A stretch of 64,000 nt of DNA. Origin: the human T2T-CHM13v2.0 reference genome, Homo sapiens. Of the stretch, positions 44,740 through 59,122 are shown one piece after another. Within the stretch, counting starts at the first letter, position 1; each line of letters starts with the position of its first letter. The notes under the pieces are model-generated. The model made no database searches. It was not told where the DNA came from and saw nothing but the letters and a program-made list of their open reading frames with translations. The stretch lies in the NCBI RefSeq assembly GCF_009914755.1, contig NC_060930.1; one strand, given 5' to 3'. A program made the translations under genes and the position numbers.

Positions 44740-45140
44740 TAGCTTAGCCAGTATGAAACATAAAGGATTAGGAGTTGGAGTCAGACTACCTGGGTCCAAA
44801 TCCCAGCTCAGCCATTTTCTGTCTTTGTGATCCTGAGCAGGCTAGCCAGCCTCTCCAAGCCTCGGCGTCCTCATCTGAGCACAGGGGAATGGTAGTAGCA
44901 CTTCTTAGAAAGGCAGTAAAATATAGCAGGTACCAACCTAGACTTTCATATCCAACTGCATGGGTATGACTCCACCATAACTTAAGGCTGTGACAGCATT
45001 AAACACATTGATAAATATAGTCTTAAAATATAGCTTGGCACATAAAAAGTGCTTAGCATATGTTAGCAATGGTTATTAGTGCTCTGAGGATTAAATATAG
45101 TATAAATGTGATGCCTAACACATAGTCAGCACTTACTTCA
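44740..45140 (+). mobile_element. Nested or tandem MIR remnants
   Basis: ttggagtcagactacctgggtccaaatcccagctc, gcttggcacataaaaagtgctt, tgaggattaaat. Confidence 0.65.
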
Positions 45141-45710
45141 TGAAATCCAATAATGTCACTGGATACTTACCTGGAATGTCTCTGGTTTCTATCCCTGCCT
45201 AATCCCAGCAATGATGTATTCTTCACAGATATTCTAAATATGTGCATACATTTGTATGTGCATAGGCCCGGAATTAGAAACTCTGAGCAGATATTGCTTT
45301 ATCTCTCCAAATAGACTGTTCAGGGCTGCCAAATTGCAGTTAAAAATCTAGCAAAATGCCAGCACATTTCAAATAAGATGCAAATATGAAATTCACTTAC
45401 TCTTAAAGGGTATATAAAGGCTTTGCTAAATTAGAAATGCAGAGAAGGGAGGTTTATTTATCCTGTTTATTTGAAGTGAGAGCCAGAATCATGATGGTTT
45501 AACAGTCCTAAATATTTCCTTGGGTTTTTGCAGGAGAGAGAGATTGTATTTATCTCTTAAAGGCCCATACCTATCTCCACAAAGGAACTAGGAGTAATTT
45601 TATTTACTTAATGTTTCTCAAAGAAACCCGTGATAGCTGGGTCTGTGTTTTTCTCATTTAAAAATCCACCTACATAGCATAGTGTTTAGCTCATTGTATG
45701 CCCTCAGTAA

Positions 45711-46014
<304 letters not shown>

Positions 46015-47384
46015 TCAGTAACTGTTTAATATACCAAGACTAGATGAATGATTGACTTCTTTATTGGAAATAATACTGCTTTGGTAAAGCGAATGCTTTC
46101 TCAGAAATGATTTTCACCTAGAAAAATCTAATGGTTACCTACTGGTATCTGTTTTCCTGTAAGAAGTAACTAAATGGTAATAAATTGTTTTATTTTTAAA
46201 ATGTGGTCAAGGACTTAAGATTATTTTGACATTGGATGTTATTTATCTTTGTTGAAATGTATTCAAGGTTAAAATGAAATGAACCTTATAACTTTATGTG
46301 ACTTTTTCTCCTGGGTGTATTAGTGCTATTCTTCGAGGTCTTTTAAAAAGCTGTTAAACAATGTAAAACCACGGAGACAATAGACAGAAAAAATTACTTA
46401 TCTAAGACAGACTTTTACCCATATTGTTTCCATAAGAGCATCAATTTATGGGGGAAAAAAAAAAACCCAAGATGGGGAAAAGGTCAACAGAGCAACTACC
46501 TCTCTTAAAATCAACCATTTCACAGAATGCTCATATTGATAAGAAAAGCACTTCACTCTTCAACCATGATGGTTTCAGTGTATAACTCAAAAGAGGTGGA
46601 ACTCCAGTGGCATATAAAGCTGCTTCAGAGCGTGCACTACCTGATTGTCCTTGTATCCCTCACGTGCCCAGCACGGGACCCTGCACCTGCTGGCGCTCAG
46701 GGAGTGTTCACTGAATTAAAGAGGGTCACCGCACTCGGGAGGGGTCGGCCACTGTTGGATGTGTCAGTTTTCTTTCTTTCTTCCCACTTACATACTAAGA
46801 ACAGAGTTCACTAATGTGAAATCTGCTTGACCTGCTGGAATATGTGACACTTTATGCATAGTTTTAAACATTTCCTCATGACAAACTTACATCTTATGGC
46901 TTGCACTATAAGGATGGGCATTCTAGCACAAAACCAATTCAGTCATACATCTGGATAAAAGGCTGTTCAGTTTTCCATGGAAATGGGGATTTTATTCATT
47001 TAGAAATAGGGGATTTTCACTAATTTGAAAAAGCTAAGGATATAAAGATGTCTGTGGCATTTTTGGAGAATGACTGAAGCTGTGACAAGCATATAGCATC
47101 TACATTTACAGGTCACCCTGACCCCCAGGGAAGCACCTCCTTCAGGTGCTTCCCCAGAGCCTTCTCAGAGTTCCTGTGCCACCTCTGAGAAGGGCTCAGG
47201 AGGCGGTTTCCCTCAGCAAGCAGCTCTTCTGTCTCTAGAAGTCTCCCCAGTTTTTCTAGCCTGGTGGGTAAGATAGCCACGGGAGCATTAGGAAAAACAG
47301 ATCAGAGTTAGTGCTGGAAAGTAGTAGAGAATTTTGCTCTCTCCTGAGGCCCTGACATGCCTCATCCTTTATGTTCAAGGAGGT

Positions 47385-47543
47385 GGGCTCAAGCGATCCT
47401 CCAGCCTCAGCTTCCTGAGTAGATGGGACTACAGACATGTACCACCACACCCAGGCAATGTTTTTATTTTTTTCTGTAGACAGGATCTCACTATGTTGCC
47501 CAGGTTGGTCTCCAACTGCTAGGCTCCAGCGATCCTCCTGCCT
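47385..47543 (-). mobile_element. Internal AluJ fragment truncated at both ends
   Basis: gggctcaagcgatcctccagcctcagc ... ctcactatgttgcccagg ... gcgatcctcctgcct. Confidence 0.85.
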
Positions 47544-47592
47544 AAACAGGTATTTTCCTAAACAAAGACCTACCTTTTCTCCTATGAATTGT

Positions 47593-47612
47593 TCCACTCC
47601 CCTAGTGGCTGC
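47593..47612 (-). promoter_or_regulatory. Candidate CTCF-like site
   Basis: The minus strand reads gcagCCACTAGGGGAGtgg against the core CCACYAGGGGGCG; motif match only. Confidence 0.3.
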
Positions 47613-47959
47613 AGAAGGTTTCTCTCCCACCATAGAAATGAAGAGGCAGCTAGAATGAAGTAGGGTCAGTCCAGGGAAAGAGGTGGGCGTGGGCTGCCAT
47701 GGGAGTGCGGGAGAGGCACTTCACATGGTCGCAGATATTCAGGGATGGCTCCCAGAGGAAGAGGGGCATCTTGGTTAAGCAGCCAGCACATCCCAACACA
47801 AGAAATTGGCTCCTGTGGATTTAAAGAGTGAACATAATTTAAAGAATGACATCCAAATACACAAAGCTCTACTCAATTCAGATAGACTCTATGCTCGTAA
47901 AAGCCTAGGTTCATGTGTTAATAACACCCAGCAACTAGATGATGGTGATGATGATGAAC

Positions 47960-48740
47960 ATGTTCGCTCTGAAGGACTGGGCAAGATGCTTAGCATTTCT
48001 ATGCCTCAGTCTGCTCTTCCGTAAAACAGATAATAATACCCATATTGAAAGGATGCATGGAGAATGTGTGAGAGAACATATGTTAAGTGTCCAGCCTGGG
48101 ATCCGACATGGAGTAGGATTTATAGATGGTTAGCACAGCTATTACCAACATTCTTTTTTCTTACACTATATTCAGGATCCATAACATTCATCCACCATTG
48201 AGATCTTGAACCTCCTTAAGCCAGAGAACGCTCCTAGACTTTTGGAGCTAGAAGAGACTTCAGGATCATGTAGTCTAGGTGTTTGATTTTTTTAACAGCT
48301 ATGTGGTAGAGTCCTGGGATACTGCAGAGGTAATTAAGGTTGTGAGGGATTGGGTTTGGGTTCATGTGTTGGGGAAATGGTGTGGTAGAGGGAAGCGGCT
48401 TTATTCGATCTGGCCAGAAGTTAGTGGCTGGGACTGGAATCCAGCACTCATGCATTTGCTCATTTATTCACTCATTTATTCATTTTACTGAACATTAAGA
48501 TCTTACTCTGTATCATGCACTAGGAAAATAAACGGCTTTATAGTCCCTAGCAAATTAGACCTGTCTCCCTATCCTAACAGAGCTGAGAGTCTAGTAGGGA
48601 GACAGACAACATACAAGTAAATATCCAAGTAAATGTATGATAAATGTATCATCAATACACTGAAGCAAAAGGAGAGGGAGGCTAAGGGGAAGGGGTGAGA
48701 AACCTACTTTAGATTAAGGAACCAAGAAAGGCCATCTGTT
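47960..48740. mobile_element. MIR remnants (about 47960-48290) and L2 3' end (-, about 48450-48740)
   Basis: gcctcagtctgctcttccgtaaaacagataataatacc; catttattcactcatttattcatt ... gtctagtagggagacagacaa. Confidence 0.65.
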
Positions 48741-49150
48741 CAAAAAGTCACCGATTTAATAGAGCTTATAGAAGTGCCATAAAATGTTTGGTCAATAAAT
48801 TTGGTATATTCTTTATAGCGAATGTGTTGGAAATAGTAACCAATGCCCCAGCTGTGTATTGAAGTGTTAGTATTAGTCACTTGCAATTGCCTGAATGCAG
48901 CGTTTTTCAAGCTGCCTTCATCTGAAGGTTTTTCAGAGAGTGACATAACTTGAACACAGATTTCTAAATGATTAAAACTGCAAAAGCATGCATCAAAGTT
49001 AGACTCTGCTGTGCTCGCTTCTCCATAGTCATGTCTTGAATTTGCTTTCCTTCTCCACATCTGAAGGCTTAGAGGACACATCCATTGTAGGAGCTCTAAG
49101 ACTCTTTTGCAGACTCATCCCCATGAAAGTAAAATAAAAAAGCAACAGGC

Positions 49151-49578
<428 letters not shown>

Positions 49579-50770
49579 TCATTTGCTTGCTAAGATGCGA
49601 TCAGAGTTAGGTAAGAGCAGAACGTGGAGAATGAAATAGTCTCTATTCCTTTTTGTTAACAGCTGTTGTAAAAGGTTTTGGGAGCAGAGAAGATTGAAGG
49701 TAAAATGAGACTATAACTAAGTTCACGGATAATGTCATTGATTTTAATTATGCCAAGTTCTGAGTAGCAGACATAATTGAGACCGAGTTTGTTCTACAAG
49801 TTTTTATCTAATCCATTATATTACAAAGGCAGGTATTGGCAAATTGCTGTTTCCACTTTAAAGTCTATTATTATTAAACAGATATAATAGAGTTATGATG
49901 ACAGAAGTTTCCTTTTAATAGTCAAAGGAGAAAGACAGACAGGAGGATGGAGCAGGGGGAAGTTCAGGGCCCATTCAAACTACAGCTTTACTTGGGGAAG
50001 ATAACTGTAAACATGCTTCACTAACAGTCAATCAGAAATGCTCACCAACCAGGCATCTCTCAGAAATTTGGCCATATGAAGAAAATTGGGGTCCAACCTG
50101 ATGGTCTTCAGGTAATTCAAGAGGTTGAAGTAGCCTCTGAAGCCTCACAGGAAGACTGAAGTAACTTCAGTATCATTTTATTAACTATTTGTATATTCTT
50201 TCCTCAGAAGTTGGTGATGCCTGCATCTTGAAATATGACAGTTCTGTTTACCAGAATTTTTATTCAACTAGTACATCCCTTTTCTAACCCCAGGTGGAAA
50301 ATATAACTTATCCTACTTGACTAAAACTACAGATGAAAAACTTGCTGAAGCTATTAATTTTATGTGTTAGAATAAGTTTCATATACTATCTTAGTACTTG
50401 CTGTACCTGTTAAGACCACACTACAAAATATAACGTCTTGAGAGTTGCTCTAGCTCAGAGATTCATGCTGCCTTGAGCAGCTCCTTAAAAAATGCCTGAT
50501 ACATTTGGAATGTTTGCACAAATTATGAGATCTATTTTTCAGAATAATGACAATAATAAGCATTGCTTTATTCACACCATGCAAAAAGCTTTATATGCGA
50601 TATATAACTTAGTAGTCACATCAAGCTATGAGAGTACTCTTATTTACACCATTAGTTTGAAACTTAGAATAACTTTCCCAACAGTTAGCCAGTAGAGCCC
50701 AGATTTTAATTATAACCTGGCTCTTCAACCCAGTCTTTGGTGAACTGCTATTATTAAGCCACTAGAATAA

Positions 50771-51128
<358 letters not shown>

Positions 51129-53419
51129 TAAACTACTACTTTTTTAATTAGTAGGCAAGCCATCCATATTCCTCATGTTTCAATTTTCTTACCTGGAAAA
51201 TAGTGATAACAGGGGCCCTATATACAGCTCCGTATTAGTATTACTCTTATTATTAGGATGTACATGAATGTGGGATAGACTTTTAGCAGCATAGATTGTG
51301 CTAGCCAGGGATATCAATGTAAAATATGTTTGGAATACATGCTGATTACATGATGAGTTTAGCTGTAATCCCTTCTATGTTTGTCAGTTTCCCTGTTAAG
51401 TAAGAAACTCAAGGCCATGGAAAAGTAACTGAAAATTGGCTGGAAAACCAGTTTATTTAACGATTTCTTTTGTCCTCATGTGCTTTCTCCTCTTTGCCAG
51501 GATTCTGTGTTTGTTGATTCTTTCTCCATTTTTTAAAATGACTCCTGTTACTTTTCCAAGCAATATATCATAGTATAGATGGGTTATTGGCCGATGACTG
51601 TCTTTGCTTCAGTGCCTTCGATACTGTAAACTTTCTTATAAAATATTCTCAAGCATTAAACTTAGTATGATTTTTAAACATTGATTTAAAAGTAATTTTC
51701 AGTTGCATATTTATTAGACCTATTAGTCTGTGGTTATGGCCATAATTGCTACTCTGGCCAAATTTTGGTTTGTGTGTATATATGAATTATAATGGAGACT
51801 AATGTTCATTCTCTACAAATATATTTTTCAGAGAAAATGGGATTATCATTTGCTGTAAGATTGTCATGTTAATAATTCAATTTGAATAATGAGTTATTAG
51901 CACTCCAGTAGTTCTCTTTCCCCAATTATTAATGAGCTGTTACCAAAAACTCTATAAAACTATGAGAATGATAAACATCACTTAGATTTACTCTAGCCAC
52001 ACTTCATAAACAATATTTCTTTTACAGTTATTTTTTTAAAATTTACTTAACAAACCTGCCCATTCACTAACATTTGTACACATCTGCTTCATTGGTTAGA
52101 TGGGTGTTGTGGAAGAAGGGTCTATGTCTGGTTTGATTCTATTTGGAAAAATGCCATGTGGACCAGTTGCACCAGCTGATGGTGATGTTTCTTTACATTT
52201 ATTCAGAACCTTCCCATTTCAGAGGAAATGGGTTACTTTTGGGGGCCATGTGCTTTAAGTTTCAGATAAATGTCATTTGAGGACTTTTCTCTTGTGCCTT
52301 AAGTCCTTATGGTTCTGGGTTATGGTGGGAATGTGGGGAGCGGACACCCAGCTGAGGAATCACCTGGATTCATTATAGCATGGGATGCCATGGTCTAGTT
52401 AGCCAGCGAATATTTTAGAAGGATATTTATCATACAGACGGATCTTCAGAAAAATCACCATTTTCTCAACTGTAAGGTTGATGATTTTTAGGATTAATTA
52501 GTAGGGTTATTAATCCAAACAATTAAATTCTCTCCTAAGAGTACAGCTGTCTGATTAATTAATCTATTAATTAATCAGTGGCTTCTCCAGATGTCTGTTG
52601 AGATACTGTCCCTTGAGCACTGCTGAGATGTGTTTTCAGACCATGAATTAATCCCTTTCACTTATTCAACTCTACAGTAAAAGGAGACTATTTATTAAAA
52701 GAGCCCAGTTGTGGGTTTGCTGCGAGCAAAAATCTATTTGTAATTACTTGAGGTTATCCTTCTCACTCACGTATGTGACATACTTCTCTGTCGTGAATTG
52801 ATAACATTTGATAAAATCTTAATAGCTTTTTAGATGTATTTCCTCTTACCCTACTGGAAAGCGTACTTACAAAATTAAACATGGCAGTTGAAAAGAGAAG
52901 AGTCATCACATTCTAAAACATGATTTATTTATTTCAATAAAGCAAGAAAATTATACCAGTAATTCTAGTCATATAAATTTCATGATCTCTTCAAGAGCCA
53001 TTGTTTTCCAAGGCAAAACTTCATGTTGCAACCAGTTTTTTCCTGACTCTTGCTTCAAACTCACGTGAGCCCCAGGTTCCCTGAACAGTCCTTTTGTGGC
53101 TGTAGCTAGGAATCACCAGGGAGTCACGATCCAGTAGCTTACAGGGTGACTTCTTCCTCTGGGCATGACTGACCCATCCTGTCATCTGGTCACCTAGATA
53201 CTGCCCAGATAGAACCACCCTGCAGGCCGGGTCACTCAGAGCACCCCAGCCCTGCACAGCTGCTCCTTCGGATGGCTCCCTCCTTCCTGGTGCCATGCTA
53301 CTTTGACTGGATCATGCAGGCCCTCCAGGCATTACCACCACACCACTGATGCAGTGGAGTCCTGGAGCTGACAAAGTTGCCAGGTATTCTTTTTTCTTTT
53401 CTTTTTTTTTTTTCTTTTA

Positions 53420-53725
<306 letters not shown>

Positions 53726-54029
53726 CATATTCTTTTTAAAATGAAAAAGCATGGTTCTCTTTCCCCTGCTTTTTTGGCAGCAATATAGTACAGCAGAAAA
53801 CAATATAGATTTTTGAATCAGAAAGCCCTGGGTTCGAGGCATTCATCTACCCTGTGTCTACATAGGTTAAAAAGTGGATAATCATGATGATGCTGACTTC
53901 ACAGGTAGCCATGAGAAATTGCACTGGGAAGACCGAATAGAATCCAGACATCTCGTTCTCCTCTTTCTGGAATCCAGCCCTTGAATCCCCTGCAGAGTTA
54001 AGAACATCCTCTTCTGTACATCTGACATG

Positions 54030-54640
54030 TGCGTGCATTCATTCATTCATCAATCTGCACCTACTGTGTATCTATTATTAATATTTAGCACTGTGTTGAT
54101 TTGTGTCCTGAAGGTGTGTCCCAAGTGCATGAAGTTGGGGAAGAGGACAGGAGAGAAGAAAAAACCTGGGTAGGAGTTGAGGTTATGGATTCACTGGAAC
54201 TGAATATGCACAAATTAAAAAGACAAAGGCTGAGGATGTTCTTCTGGGGAACACAGACATTTCAAGGGAGGGCAGGAGAGTTGTTCAGTAATGAACGCTG
54301 ACACTGTGTCATGGAACACTGAGGACATGTGGTCAGTGGAGCAGGAGGAGAACTGAGAACCACAGCGGTGGAAGTTGCAGATGAGGGAGAGTTCCAAGAG
54401 GCAAGTGGAAGCATACCAAATGGTTCCAAGTGTCCCTTTGATTGGGCAAGGCTAGGACTTCTGTGACCTTGATGGAGTGATGGTAAAGAATGCCAAATTG
54501 CTATGGGTTGAGAAGTGGATAAGAAGGAGAATGTATAGGTTTCTTGAAAGAAGCCTGACTCTAAAGGCAAGAAGGCAGTAAAAGAGACAAACAGGGCTAA
54601 GAGCTTTGTATTTTCAGACTGGACAATGTTGTGATAAGTT
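54030..54640 (-). mobile_element. L2 LINE fragments
   Basis: cattcattcattcatcaatctgcacctactgtg terminus; gtgtcatggaacactgagga, tgtgaccttgatggag. Confidence 0.6.
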
Positions 54641-55219
54641 TCAGATAATTTTGCTTGCCACAACAATTTAAAATTTGCAGTGAGATAAGGTTTCTAAAAC
54701 TGTAAAATGTCAATGAATCTGTGAGCACATTTTAATTATTAAAGTACAAATTCTAATCTAATCTAGCCATAGAAGTTGTCAGAAATGGAGGGAAAATATA
54801 TTTTTAAAATTTTTTTAAATTCTTTTTTTCCAGATAAAATCTAAGATTTTGACTAGTGAAATCCTTTGGGGGTAAAAGGACATGTCCACATACTTTTCTG
54901 TGGTCTCCTTTGAGGCCTCAGCATTCGACTTGGATGTTTCTTTCCTGAGTTAGAATTAGAAGTGAAGAGAACCAGAACCATTGTCAGTTCATATTTCTGT
55001 TCCATTTCTTGTCACAAGAGGTTTGTGAAATGAACACAATTTTGCTTCACTGCTTGGTAAAGCCAAAGCCCTCACTACCAGGCTGGTCATTGGCTGTTTC
55101 TCAGTTATTCATGTAAAAGTGTTATTTACATGTATTTTACTGGACCAGCCTGACCTCTGTGGCAATAAGGAAACAAATGCTGAACTTAGTGTACTGCTAG
55201 GGCTCCAAGAGGTCCCAGT

Positions 55220-55314
55220 AGGTGTGTATGGGACCAGGAGGTATATATAGGACCAAGAGGTGTGTATGGGACCAGGAGGTGTGTATGGGACCAGGAGGTG
55301 TGTGTGGGACCAGT
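55220..55314. repeat. Minisatellite, 5 x 19 bp (AGGTGTGTATGGGACCAGG)
   Basis: Units start at 55220, 55239, 55258, 55277 and 55296; three are identical. Confidence 0.95.
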
Positions 55315-57758
55315 CGTGGTCACCCCATCCCTCTCCTGCTGCCTGTTTCTCCTGGAGCATTCTGGTTTGGGAGTGAGGGCCACTCAGAGGAAAAGTGACC
55401 AGGGAACATGGATCCTCTTTGCACTGTGGTCAGAACAGGTGCTAGATATTAAGCCTCTGGGTCCATGAGGAGCTCCTTCCCAGTGGAAAGGGTCGTAGGA
55501 ATGGTTCCTCATGGATATTCTATTTAGTCAGGAACTGTAATGACTTCTGCAGCAGTTCTCCCTGACCCCTCGTCTCCCAGGTATCTCTGCTGTCACTCCA
55601 GCCCTGCTCTAGGGAGTTCACCTGGGACTCAGCCTGTGCCTGCATAGAAACTAAGGAGGAATCCATATTTAGAGATGGCAAACTTTTCTTTGATGTTTCT
55701 TCTTGGCTTCAGATAGATTTTCTATTCCTTGATAGATAAAAGATGTAAAGAAACAACACTGAGCAATGACCAGCCTCCCATTCTTGGGAGTTTCATATGG
55801 AGCCTCCTCCCACCCTCCTGTCTAGTCCACAGGGTTCCCTGATCTCAGATTTGTCTTTCTCTTCACTTTCAAAATTAGATAAAGAAACATATCTATTCTT
55901 GGAGTACATCACTTTTCTCCACTCTCCCTCTCCTCATTTAGAATCCTATGTTTTGACATAATTTATCATGGATTGTCACCCTTGATGATTAAAAATGGCA
56001 CTAATGAGATGAGGCTTGTCAAGACTTGATCACAGGGTCTCTATGTTCTGTCGGATGGTAATAGGAATCTTCAAGAGACTTTGAGAAAGCAGAAAGTGTG
56101 AGAACAAATTATGGATTCTTGTGGATGAGGGCAAAGGTGAGATGAGGCTATCTCGAATCAGCTTCCTTAAGGAAATCGAATGCTGCTGTAGCAGTTCTAC
56201 CCTTGACTGTGTGTGAACAGTGCACCAGGCAATATGGAGTGAATCCTAAGACTTAAAACTAGATCATCACAATCGTAGAATCTTCAAAAACACAGGTGGG
56301 ATGTTCTTGCTGTGGTTGGGACTGAACTATGATTATTTTATTTGGGTGACAAACATAACATGAAAGGCTGACAGATTTATTAGCTTTCTATTGGTTTCAT
56401 TTAGAATACACAAGCTGACCCCAGACAGATGCGACCAAGTTTGCATGCTCCTCCAGTGGAGCATGTTTGAGATCCATCTTTTATTCTCCATCAGTGTGGT
56501 GTAGCCAGCAACTTGGCAGCAGTTCATTAGGAAATGAGTATCCAAAAATAAGCAAATCACAAAATCCATCAGGTTTCTCCCATATGAGTTTATAGATTAT
56601 AAATGTACCTTATTTGTACATACCCTGAACACCATAAATCAGATTTTTTTTTTTTGCTGGACTATAGGCAACTATTTCATTCAGATATTTGGATAATCAG
56701 TTTATTTTTATGTCTAGAACAATTTCTCTAACTCATGTAAGGACTTAATTTACTGAATGATTTGTATCTGACTGTAACTTGTGATTTAAAAAAAAAATTG
56801 TACACGTCAGTTTAATATTGTTTTAGAGAGTAGGAACTTTGGTATGTCCTGAGCGCACACTTTGATCAGACCTTCCCAACGGAACACACGTCCATGTACA
56901 CGTCGTTTGAAGATAAACATACCGTAGATTATAATGCTCAGTCCTGGTCATGAATTGAAACACTTGTTAGAAAGACAAAAAATAAGAAACAAAATTAAAT
57001 TATTAAGTGAAAGCATTATTTTTGTCTCATGTTACTGTTCTTCATGTCTCATATGGTACTAAAGGATGAATCATGGTATGTTGCCGGTCGACCCATAGAT
57101 TTAAAACAGCTTACTTCACCGTGAATGCAATTATGCATTTTGGGGTTTTCATGAAGAAGCAGCTGCCAGAAGGAATGGGTGCTAGGGAGTGTTCATATTT
57201 CGTGAAAGCTATCTTGGTGCATTGCCTCCTTCACTTGAATTAGCACTCGATTGTCCTAAAAGAAGGGGCTGAAGACTCAGCAGAGTTGGAAGAGACCTCC
57301 GATCTCGTTAGTATAACAGCAGCTGCCTGAATTTGCTCACATCAAATTGCAGCAACTTGTTTCATTCTGGTTTTGCTGTCTTACTTTGTAAGAGACACAA
57401 ATGCATTTCACATTTTAAAAATATCCTCACACAGATTGAGAACTACATAACAACTTGAGAACTGGTCAAACCTCTCACTTCTTAGATATCTTTCATTCCC
57501 ATTTGGGTTGGACAGGCTAAAGAATGAAAGTGTGTCATTTTTGACATAACATTTTCAATTCTAAACCAAACAACTGGACTGGAAGGGGTAACAGTGCTGA
57601 GTTAATGCCATTAATTCTGCATTAAAAATTATACTAATGTATTTTTTTCCAAATTACCTATAGGGATAGTATATAGGGATAGGTCATATTTCAGAAGTGT
57701 TCCTTTGCGATGTTTGAAGTGATCCTTGTGGAAACAAACATTGTCACAAAAATTCTCA

Positions 57759-58095
<337 letters not shown>

Positions 58096-59080
58096 CTCAC
58101 CCAATAAAATAGAGTAGTTCTAGAATAAGAAAAATTAATAGATAATTAAAAATAGAAGAGAGAAATATTCAGGCCAATAATGCTAAAATGAAATGTGTGG
58201 TTGCGGAGGCTGAGGGATGCTGAAAGCACAACTCTGTCTGGAACTAATGGAAAAGGGGCTACATTATTTGAAGTTGATAAGAATCAACTGAAATGGAAGG
58301 AATGGATGGAATGGAAATACATTTCCTAAGTATACACAAATTACTGTGCTATAATTTTAAGGCCATGTAAAAGTAAAGATGAAATTGAAAAGATAAGACT
58401 ACCCAAGTTCAAGATTCTCATTCTGTAAAAAGAAACAGATCTTATGTTTCTTCTTGGGGAATTACATCAAATATGTTAACTGAAGTTATTTCAGGGTAAT
58501 TACAACAGAAATTAAATTGAGTTTCGGGGACATATTAATAAAACAGTCTATTGGCAACACAATTTCAGGCCCACAGATATATTACCCAGTATAATATTTT
58601 CAGTGCCCTATACAATAATTTTTCTGAGCATGGAGGTATATATAGATGTTATACTGATGGGTTTATATTGATGAACAGAGAGATCCTTTTTCATTAGATT
58701 TCTAGCTTTGACCTTTTAAAAATTATTATTATTAGAGTCAGACATTCCCCAAAGGCAATCCTTACTTCAAAACTACAGGGATCAGTGCTTCAAATTTGCT
58801 CTAGTTAGAAACTGACAATAGTAAGTTGAGTTGGAGGAGCGACAAGAATGTGACAGCCTCTCAGTGGCTGCATCTCCCAGCACCAGGGCCTGGCTGCTCT
58901 TCAGTTCTTTTGGGAACCAGTGAGGGCAGCTCAGTGTCACAGAACTGGTTATGTGTAAAGCCAAGTCTGGAACACAGGTTTCCCAATTTCCTCACCAATA
59001 CCTTTTCACTAAGCTGTTCACAAAGGGTTCATGTAAATTGACATTTGGCATATTTATGAACAGAGTACACTCATTTCATT

Positions 59081-59122
59081 AAAAAACAAAACAAAAAAAA
59101 ACAACAACAACAACAAAAAACA
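59081..59122. repeat. A-rich / (AAC)n simple repeat
   Basis: aaaaacaaaaacaaaaaaaaacaacaacaacaac. Confidence 0.8.

Noticed and set aside
55220-55314. Direct repeats considered as a CRISPR-like array
   Set aside because: The units are head-to-tail with no spacers, and the DNA is primate; this is a minisatellite.
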